Source of the DNA: an uncultured delta proteobacterium
GTDB lineage: Bacteria; Desulfobacterota; Desulfuromonadia; Desulfuromonadales; JACZKF01
Assembly (NCBI GenBank): GCA_963816395.1
Contig: CAWFKQ010000003.1
Location: 1 to 64,000 of the forward strand
Direction of reading: 5' to 3'
DNA length: 64,000 bases
The notes under the pieces are model-generated. The model ran no database searches. It was not told where the DNA came from and worked only from the letters and a program-made list of their open reading frames with translations. Of the stretch, positions 55,771 to 64,000 are shown piece by piece; position 1 is the first letter of the stretch; every line of letters begins with the position of its first letter. Both the position numbers and the translations under genes were made by a program.

Positions 55771-55960
55771 AAATCCCCCCTTTTGCTCCGCCGGTCAGCA
55801 GATTCCGTTTTTTCTACTCCTTGCTCCCTATCTCACCACCTCTCTGTTTTTCCAGCATTTTAGCAGATGCGCGCAGCAGCTCCAGATTGTAGGAAATCGA
55901 TCCCCTGCTAGACTGGAGAGAAAAGGGATGCCTACGGAATATTTGCGAGGAGGAAGACCC

Positions 55961-56764
55961 ATGTCCCGCATCGCCGCCCGCCTGGTCTTTGCCCTGTTGC
56001 CGCTGCTGGCTGTTGCCTGCAGCACGGTGCCGGTGACCGGTCGCCACCAGCTCAACCTGGTGCCTGAGTCGGAGTTGACCCAGGCCGGCCTGCAGCAGTA
56101 CGACCAGTTCCTGCAACAGCATCAGGTGATTCGCAACACCCCCGAGAGCGAGATGGTGAAGCGGGTCGGTCAGCGGGTGGCGCAGGCGGTCGAACGCTAT
56201 TTCGCCCAGCAGGGGAAGCCGGAGGTGACCAGCGGCTACCAATGGGAGTTCTCCCTGGTGGACAGCCCGGAAGTCAATGCTTTCGCGCTGCCGGGAGGGA
56301 AGGTGGTGGTCTACTCCGGGCTGCTGAAGGTGGCCACCACCGACGCGCAGCTGGCGGCGGTAATCGGCCATGAAATCGGCCACGTGGTGGCCAAGCACGG
56401 CAATGAGCGGATGAGTCAGGCGCTGCTCGCCCAGATGGGTGGAACGGCCCTGTCGGCGGCCCTGTCCAGCCAGCCCCAGGCTACCCAGCAGATGCTGATG
56501 ACCGCCTTCGGCGCCGGCGCGCAGATTGGGGTTCTGCTTCCCTTCAGCCGCCTGCAGGAGAGTGAGGCCGATCGTCTCGGCCTGATCTTCATGGCCATGG
56601 CCGGTTACGACCCGCATGCCGCTCTGGAAGTCTGGCAGAAAATGGCCGCCCAGGAGAAGGGGAGTGTCCCGCAGTTTCTCAGCACGCATCCGGCCGACCA
56701 GGCCCGCATCGACGCTATCCGCGAGCATATCCCGGAGGCGATGCGCTACTATCAGCCGACCTGA
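55961..56764 (+). CDS. M48 family zinc metallopeptidase lipoprotein
   Basis: AVA-C lipobox, NAFALPGG, HEIGH, ESEAD, FLSTHP. Confidence 0.93.
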   Translation: MSRIAARLVFALLPLLAVACSTVPVTGRHQLNLVPESELTQAGLQQYDQFLQQHQVIRNTPESEMVKRVGQRVAQAVERYFAQQGKPEVTSGYQWEFSLVDSPEVNAFALPGGKVVVYSGLLKVATTDAQLAAVIGHEIGHVVAKHGNERMSQALLAQMGGTALSAALSSQPQATQQMLMTAFGAGAQIGVLLPFSRLQESEADRLGLIFMAMAGYDPHAALEVWQKMAAQEKGSVPQFLSTHPADQARIDAIREHIPEAMRYYQPT

Positions 56765-56815
56765 GGAAATGGAATGAATCTTCACGCCATTTCTTGTTTC
56801 AGGGGATTGGAAGAT

Positions 56816-56855
56816 AAAAAAAGCGCGCCGCTCAGGAGGGGTACTGCGGCGCGCT
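56816..56855 (-). terminator. Intrinsic terminator ending the candidate ncRNA
   Basis: AGCGCGCCGC-loop-GCGGCGCGCT followed by a T-run on the minus strand. Confidence 0.8.
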
Positions 56856-57335
56856 AAAAGGAGGGATGAAGAGGTTCTCGTGTCGGCGGGGCCTGTCTGC
56901 CACCACAGTCCTGCCTTGTTGAGAACGGTACTCCACAGGCAGGTCCAGCGCTATGTGGGTTTTCGTATAAATTCCAGCCGGAATGTCCTGTTTCGAACTG
57001 CGCCTTTGCACAGAACGGCAGGGTCGATTCCCCGCACCCAGGCATTGGCACGACTACGGTCCGCTTTTTGCCAATCCGTCTCCTCGGAAACCCGGGCCGG
57101 GCCGCTGCCGCTCCTTAGCGGGCCGACAGCGGTTGGTAGTCCCGTTCTTCCGGGGCCGGTCGGATGGGGAGACAAGGCTCCCGGCGTTAGGCCGCGCCGT
57201 GCCAATACCTTCGGTTCATCCTCTCCGGTCGACCGGCAAGGCGATCTGCCTGTTCACCAACGATGAACATTCGACTGCAGCCAGCCTGCCGGGAAAGGGT
57301 CCATATCCCTCTGATTCAAAGAGCTTTTCTCTTAA
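56816..57335 (-). ncRNA. Candidate ~520-nt structured non-coding RNA of unknown class
   Basis: Promoter upstream, terminator at the 3' end, 15-bp long-range helix with G-U pairs, many local hairpins, no convincing ORF. Confidence 0.6.
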
Positions 57336-57339
57336 TTTC

Positions 57340-57367
57340 AGCATACCACGAATCGGCCCGATGACAA
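57340..57367 (-). promoter_or_regulatory. Sigma70-type promoter
   Basis: TTGTCA-N16-TATGCT with an extended -10 TGn. Confidence 0.55.
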
Positions 57368-57402
57368 CACGGAGAGGGTCGCCGCTGCGGATGGTTGTGC
57401 CC

Positions 57403-57954
57403 TCAGGGAAAACGACCGGCGCCGATCAGCCGCCGGCGCCAGTAAGGCTCTTCCAGGCGGGCGTAGGAGACGCCTTTCCCCTTGGACGGCGCATGGATGA
57501 AGAGACCGGGGGCGACGTAGATCCCCACATGGCCGATCCGCCTCCGGGATATGCTGAAGAATAGAAGGTCCCCCGGCTGCAGTCGGGCCAGGTCGATGTG
57601 GCGGGACTGCCGATACTGCTCCCGGCAGGTGCGGGGAACGTCAATGCCGGCCTGGCGGAAGACGTAATACACCAGTCCGCTGCAGTCGAAACCCGATGGT
57701 GAGCTGCCGCCGTAGGCATAAGGGGCGCCGAGCAGCCGGCCGGCGGCTTCGAGTGCCTGTTGCCGGCGATCGGCCGACCTTTCCTCCGCCGGGGCTTGGG
57801 TAAAAAGACTCTCCGGCAGCGGCTCGGTACCTGGTATTTCCCCCTGCCGCGGCAGAATGCCACAGCCGGCGAGCAGCAGCGTGGCGGCCAGAAAAACCGG
57901 GACTGCCGGTCGTAGCAGCTGCCGGCGACGCCTGTTCCTTCCCTGCTCCCTCAT
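57403..57954 (-). CDS. NlpC/P60 cell-wall peptidase lipoprotein
   Basis: LAG-C lipobox, PYAYGG, GFDCSGL, PGDLLFF, HVGIY, FIHAP. Confidence 0.93.
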   Translation of the reverse strand: MREQGRNRRRRQLLRPAVPVFLAATLLLAGCGILPRQGEIPGTEPLPESLFTQAPAEERSADRRQQALEAAGRLLGAPYAYGGSSPSGFDCSGLVYYVFRQAGIDVPRTCREQYRQSRHIDLARLQPGDLLFFSISRRRIGHVGIYVAPGLFIHAPSKGKGVSYARLEEPYWRRRLIGAGRFP

Positions 57955-58122
57955 CCCATGAAAGCCCCTTCGCATGCTCCAACTATAAGGGGAAAGCCGC
58001 TTCCGCGCCAGACTTTCCCCGGCGAGAAGAAAAAGGGGCTTCGCCTGACCGCCGCCATGGCCTATAATAACTCTCCAAATCTGCCGGAAGTTCCGCCCGG
58101 CGCGAGCAGGAGAACCGCGACG

Positions 58123-58371
58123 ATGCCCAGTCATGATTCGAATCAGGATGTCCTGCAGGAACTCCGGCGCAACGAGGAACTGTCTACCCTGGTGGAAATC
58201 GGCAAGGCACTTGCCTCCACTTCGCGGCCTTCCACGATCCGGGTGACCGCCAGCTTTGGCGTGGCCACCTTTCCCCAGGACGCCGGCAACAAGGACGAGC
58301 TGCTCGGACGGGCCGACCAGGCCATGTACCTGGCTAAGGAAACTGCCCGCGACAGCGTCCGGTCGGCCTGA
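58123..58371 (+). pseudogene. Internally deleted sensor diguanylate cyclase remnant
   Basis: EELSTLVEIGKALAST joined to the GGDEF C-terminus VTASFGVATFP...ELLGRADQAMYLAK; no GGDEF motif. Confidence 0.7.
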
Positions 58372-58450
58372 AACCGGCTCTGACGCCCCTGCCACAACCT
58401 GCTAGACTTCCAGGAAACTTCTGCCGATCAACGACTTCGGGGAGTATCGC

Positions 58451-61107
58451 ATGACCACACAACCGCCCGCTATCCGCTTGCAGGATTACCGCCCGCCCGC
58501 CTACCTGGTGGACGAGCTCGAGCTGCATTTCGACCTGTCCGAGTCGGCCACCCGGGTGCGCGCCCGCCTGGGCTGCCGCCGCCATCCGGACCTGGCCGGC
58601 GCCCCGGCGCCGCTGGAGCTCTACGGCTGCCAGCTGCAATTGGTCGCCCTGCGCCTGGACGGCCGCGCCCTGGCGCCCGGGGACTACACCATCGAGGGGG
58701 AGACGCTGACCATCCCCGGCGTGCCGGAGCGCTTCATCCTGGAGGTGGAGACGGTGATCGACCCGGCCGCCAACACCGCCCTGGAAGGGCTCTATCTCTC
58801 CGGCGGCAATTTCTGCACGCAGTGCGAGGCCGAAGGGTTCCGCCGCATCACCTGGTACCCGGACCGGCCGGACGTCCTGACCCGCTTCACCACCACCATT
58901 ACCGCCGATCGGCAGAAGTACCCGGTGCTCCTCGCCAACGGCAACCTGGTGGAGAGCGGCGAGCTGGCCGGCGGACGTCATTTCGCCCGCTGGCAGGACC
59001 CCTTCCCCAAGCCGGCCTATCTCTTTGCCCTGGTGGCGGGGCGCCTGAAAAAACTTGAGGATACCTTCACCACCCGCTCCGGCCGACCGGTGACGCTGCA
59101 GATCTGGGTGGAGGAGCGCAACCTCGCCAAGTGCGGACATGCCATGCGGTCGCTGCAGAAGGCGATGCGCTGGGATGAAGAGACCTTCGGCCTGGAGTAC
59201 GACCTCGACATCTACATGATCGTCGCGGTCGACGACTTCAATATGGGGGCAATGGAGAACAAGGGACTCAACGTCTTCAATTCCAAGTACGTCCTGGCCT
59301 CGCCGGAGACCGCCACCGACGCCGATTTCCAGGCGATCGAGGAGGTCATCGGCCACGAGTACTTCCACAACTGGACGGGCAACCGGGTGACCTGTCGCGA
59401 CTGGTTTCAGCTCTCCCTGAAGGAGGGGCTGACCGTCTTCCGCGACCAGGAGTTCGCCGCCGACATGACCAGCCGGGCGGTCAAGCGCATCGACGATGTG
59501 CGGGTGCTGCGCAATGCCCAGTTCCCCGAGGACGCCGGACCGATGGCCCACCCGGTGCGTCCCGACTCCTACGTGGAGATCAACAATTTCTACACCACCA
59601 CCGTCTACAACAAGGGGGCGGAGGTGATCCGCATGTACCAGGCCCTGCTCGGCCGGGAGGGTTTCCGCCGCGGGCTCACCCTCTACCTGCAACGGCACGA
59701 CGGCCAAGCGGCGACGGTGGAGGATTTTCTCGCCGCCATGGCCGAGGCGGGCGGCGCCGACCTCGACCAGTTCCGGCGCTGGTATGACCAGGCGGGCACA
59801 CCGCTGGTCCAGGTCGCGCGCGAATGGGATGCCGAAACCGGCACTCTCACCCTGAGCGTGCGCCAGTCCTGTCCCCCCACCCCCGGTCAGCCACAGAAGG
59901 AGCCGTTCCACATCCCTCTGGCGCTGGGGCTGCTCGATGCGGACGGCAACGACCTCCCCCCACGGCTGGAGGGGGAAGCGGCCGCTCCAGCCGGGCCCAC
60001 CCGGGTGCTGGAGCTGCGCCGGGCGGAGGAGCGCTTCCGCTTCGTCGGCCTCGCCGCCCGTCCCGTCCCCTCCCTGCTGCGCGATTTCTCTGCGCCGGTA
60101 CGCCTGGAAACCGATCTCAGCGAAACGGAGACCGCCTTTCTCTTCGCCCGCGACAGCGATCCGTTCAACCGCTGGGAAGCCGGCCAGCAGCTGGCAACCC
60201 GGATGCTGCTGCGGCTGATCGGCGATTGGCAGGCCGGGCGGGCGGTGACCGTCGATCCCCTCTTCCTGGAAGCCTTCCGCCAGGCCCTGAACGACGCCGG
60301 AGCCGATCCCGCCCTGCTCGCCCAGGCCCTCCTCCTGCCCAGCGAGACCTACCTGGGCGAGCAGCTGGGGGTGATCGACCCGGAGGCCGTCCACCAGGTG
60401 CGCGAGAAGGTCCGGCGCCAGCTCGCCGCCGCTCTGCGGGGCGACTTCCTGGCGGCGCTGGCGGCCAATGCCACCCCCGGGCCGTACCGCCCGGAGCCGG
60501 CGGCGGTCGGCCGGCGCAGCCTGAAAAACCTCTGCCTGGCCTATCTCAGCAGTCTGGAGGACGAGGAAAGCCTGGCGCTCTGCCGCCGCCAGTTCGCGGC
60601 CGGCGACAACATGACCGACGTCCTGGCGGCTCTCGCCTGTCTGGCCAACTGCGACCGCCCGGAGCGGACCGAGGCCCTCGCCGAGTTTCTACGCCCGCTG
60701 GCGCCATGAACCGCTGGTGGTCGATAAATGGTTCACCCTGCAGGCGACTTCCCGCCTGCCCCAGACCCTGGCGGAGGTGCAGAAACTGACCCGCCACCCC
60801 GCCTTCACCCTGAAAAACCCGAACCGGGTGCGGGCCCTGGTGGGCGCCTTCGCCCAGGGCAACCCGGCCCGCTTCCACGCCGCCGACGGCGCCGGCTACC
60901 GTTTCCTGGCCGACCAGGTGCTGGCCCTCGACCCCCGCAATCCGCAGGTCGCCGCCCGACTGCTCATCCCTCTGAGCCGCTGGCGGCGCTACGATGCCGG
61001 GCGCCAGGCGCTGATGAAAGGGGAGCTGGCCAGGATCGCCGCGGCGCCGGACACTGTCCAAGGACGTCTACGAGATCGTCAGCAAGAGTCTGGCGAAGCA
61101 AGCTTAG
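58451..61107 (+). CDS. pepN: Aminopeptidase N (3' frameshifts)
   Basis: TQCEAEGFRRIT, GAMENKG, HEYFH, LKEG, NPNRVRAL, NPQVAARL. Confidence 0.96.
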
Positions 61108-61115
61108 GCCGCCGC

Positions 61116-61161
61116 GTCGGATCGGTCAGATCGGTCGGACCGGACCGATCCGTCTGATCGG
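61116..61161. repeat. Intergenic 9-nt-period GATC array
   Basis: GTCG GATCGGTCA GATCGGTCG GACCGGACC GATCCGTCT GATCGG. Confidence 0.85.
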
Positions 61162-61187
61162 CGCGGCCGAACTGTCTGGAGAAGAAG

Positions 61188-62090
61188 ATGAAAGAGATGA
61201 AAGACGTACTGATCATCGGCTGCGGCGATATCGGCCGGCGGGTGGCGCGGCTGGAGCTGGCGCGGGGCGCCCGGGTGCACGGCACCGTCCGCCTGCCCGG
61301 GCAGGCGGCGGAGCTGGAGCGGCTCGGTATCCGCCCGGTTGCCGCCGACCTCGACCAGCCCGGGCCGATCGCGGGGCTTCCCACCCGCGGCGCAATCGTC
61401 TATTATTTTGCGCCGCCGCCCGGCGGCGGCGACCTCGATCCGCGGGTGCGGGTCTTCTGCGGTTCGGTGGAACCGGGAGAGGAGCCGGCGAAGATCGTCT
61501 ACATCAGCACCAGCGGCGTCTACGGCGATACCGGCGCCGCCTGGGTCGACGAGGCGACGCCGGTCCGCCCGCAGACCGCTCGCGCCCGCCGCCGTCTCGA
61601 CGCGGAAACCCTCCTGGGCGCCTGGGGGCAGACGCGCGGGGTGGCCGTAGTCATTCTGCGGGTGACCGGCATCTACGGTCCGGGCCGCTTCCCCCTCGAC
61701 CGGCTGCGGCAAGGGCAGCCGGTGCTGCGGGAGGAGGAGGCCCCGTTCACCAACCGCATCCACGCCGATGACCTGGCCCGGGTCTGTCTGGCGGCCGCCG
61801 ATCGGGGGGAGAGCGGCGAGATTTTCAACGTCAGCGACGGCCGGCCGGGGACGATGACCGAATACTTCAATGCCGTGGCCGACGCCTTCGGACTGCCGCG
61901 CCCCCCGCAGGTCTCGCTGGCCGATGCGCAGCGCCAGATGAGCCCGCTGATGCTCTCCTACATCAGCGAATCGCGGCGTCTCAGCAACCGCCGGATGCTG
62001 GAGAAGCTCGGCGTGACGCCTTCTTTATCCCTCCCTCCGGGAAGGGATGCGGGGAGCCGGGGAAAATCAGGAAGAGGGGAAGCTCGATAG
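61188..62090 (+). CDS. Atypical SDR / NAD-dependent epimerase (YeeZ-like)
   Basis: IIGCGDIG, YISTSGVYGD, GIYGPGR, NRIHADDLA. Confidence 0.88.
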   Translation: MKEMKDVLIIGCGDIGRRVARLELARGARVHGTVRLPGQAAELERLGIRPVAADLDQPGPIAGLPTRGAIVYYFAPPPGGGDLDPRVRVFCGSVEPGEEPAKIVYISTSGVYGDTGAAWVDEATPVRPQTARARRRLDAETLLGAWGQTRGVAVVILRVTGIYGPGRFPLDRLRQGQPVLREEEAPFTNRIHADDLARVCLAAADRGESGEIFNVSDGRPGTMTEYFNAVADAFGLPRPPQVSLADAQRQMSPLMLSYISESRRLSNRRMLEKLGVTPSLSLPPGRDAGSRGKSGRGEAR

Positions 62091-62230
62091 GAGGCAGTAG
62101 ATACCGAATTTTACTGTCTCGACGATCTCACTCTGACATAAAAAAACAAAATACCTTTTTAAAATCAATCGTTTCCTTCCGCCCCTCCTTGTGGAATAAT
62201 GCGCTGGACGGGTGAGGAGCAGTTCACGAA

Positions 62231-64000
62231 ATGAAAAATCTTCAAGTGACCAACCGCCGGCCGCGGCAGGGAGGACCGGCCGCCAGGAGGTCCGGCACCT
62301 GACCGATCTTCTGGAGAGCCTCGGCGACGGCCTGCTCTCCCTCGATGACCAGTGGCGGTTCACCTATGTGAACGGCGCCGCGGCAGGTCTTCTGGGGACA
62401 AAAGCGGGAAGAACTTCTCGGCCGGGTTTTCTGGGAGGTGTTTCCGGAGACGGCCGGCACCCTGCAGCAGCAGTTCCAGGCCGCCGCCGGCGACCGCCGG
62501 CCGGTCGAATTCGACAGCTGCTTCCCCTCCCTGGAGAAATGCTTCGAGTTCCGGGCCAATCCCCTGGACGGCGGGCTTTCAATCCAGTTTCGGGACATCA
62601 CCGAACGCAAGTCGCTGCAGGCACGGGAGGAGATTTACCGGACCCTGGTGGAGAACATCGATCTGGGGATCACCCTGATCGATGAAAACTACCGGGTCCT
62701 GATGACCAATGCCGCCCAGGGGCGCCACTTCGACAAACCCGCCTGCGAATTCCTCCATCGGATCTGCCATGAGGAGTTCGAAAAGAGCAAAGTCCCCTGC
62801 CCGCACTGCCCCGGCACCCGCGCCATGCAGACCGGCCGGCCAGTCAACGCGGTCGCCGAAGGGGTGCGCGACGACGGCAGCCGGTTCGTGGTGCAGATCA
62901 ACGCCTTTCCCGTCCTCGATGGCGACGGCCGTGCCCGCCGGTTCGTCGAAGTCGTCGAAGACATCACCGCCCGGCAATTCGCCCGTGAGAACCTGCGCAA
63001 GAGCGAGGAGCGCTTCCGCTCGGTTTTCGAGAATTCCGCCGCCGGCATGGCCATCATCAACCCGGAAGGGAAATTCGAGCGGGTCAACCAGGCGCTTTGC
63101 CGTTTCCTGGGGTATCCGGAAGCGGAACTGCTGGGGAAGAACATCGGTGATCTCACGCATCCGGAGGACCTGGTGGTCTGCCGCCGGCACGGGGAAGAGG
63201 TGCGGGCCGGCCGGCGGCAGATGGTTCGGCACGAGAAACGCTATCGGCACCGGGACGGCGGTATCGTCTGGGGCTACGCCACCACCAACTGGCAGTTCGG
63301 CACCGACCGCCAGCCGGCCTACAGCATCGTCCACATCATCGACACCACGGAAAGGCGGGAGGCCGAGGAGGCCCTGCGCCGCAGCGAGGAAGCCCTGATG
63401 GCGGCGCTGGCGGAAGCCCGGGAGTCTCGGGACAAGGTGGATGCCATCCTCAAGTCGATCGCCGACGGACTGATCGTCACCGACCGGAACGGCCGCGTCA
63501 CCCTGATGAACCGGGCCGCCGAGCAGTTGCTGGGGATCAGTTTCGCCGAGGCGATCAACTGCCCGATCCACATGGTGCTCGGCCATCCTTCCTTCAATGA
63601 TAAGATCGGCGGCACCAGCGTCTGGGAGCGGCAAGGCGGTGCGGACGGCCGGCAGGTGAACCGCGCCCGAACCTTCGAGATGCGCAACCAGGAAGGGGTG
63701 CAGACCGGGCGGATAACCATCCTCCAGAACGTCACCCGGGAATACGAGATGGATCGGATGAAAAGCGAGTTCATCTCCACCGCCGCCCACGAGCTGCGCA
63801 CGCCGCTGGCCTCGGTGATGGGTTTTTCCGAGTTGTTGCTGCGGGAAAATGTGGATCCCGATCAGCAGCGGGAATTTCTCTCCATCATTTTCCAGAAAGC
63901 CGAGGACCTGTCGGTGATCATCGACGACCTGGTGAACCTCAGCCGGATCGAGGCCGGCCGCCCCATCTGCCTGAACAAGAGCACCTTCGACCTGAACGAG
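62231..64000 (+). CDS. Multi-PAS sensor histidine kinase (frameshifted; truncated by the window end)
   Basis: Several PAS starts (LDDQWRFTYVN, FENSAAGMAI, SIADGLIVTD) and H-box FISTAAHELRTPL near 63770-63810. Confidence 0.88.

Noticed and set aside
57015..57045. tRNA/tmRNA-like T-arm GGTCGATTCCC
   Set aside because: No cloverleaf or acceptor stem could be built around it.

Overview
GC-rich bacterial chromosome segment. Gene content suggests Desulfuromonadales/Geobacterales-like Desulfobacterota (inference). Many conserved genes are broken by single-base frameshifts (opgG, opgH, hsdM/S/R, thiL, pepN and others), which looks like uncorrected long-read indel error rather than real decay. Housekeeping and envelope genes: opgGH, glgP, rimO, yajQ, lolA, thiL, lon, pepN, an apbE-NusG-II-Gx flavinylation module, a Dif-like cheR-mcp-cheW-cheY-cheA-cheC-cheD cluster and several signalling proteins. 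Highlights: (1) an unannotated, highly base-paired ~520-nt intergenic transcript candidate at 56816-57335 (-) with its own sigma70 promoter and terminator; (2) a ~14 kb type I restriction-modification island (11875-25880) carrying a low-GC Menshen-like three-gene defence cassette, a four-helix-bundle gene and an AlbA_2/ATPase gene between hsdS and hsdR; (3) a secreted peroxiredoxin with an in-frame UGA at the catalytic Cys and a downstream hairpin (selenoprotein); (4) dispersed 7/8/9-nt-period repeat arrays and palindromes, some inserted into protein genes. No tRNA, rRNA, CRISPR array, integrase or transposase was recognised.
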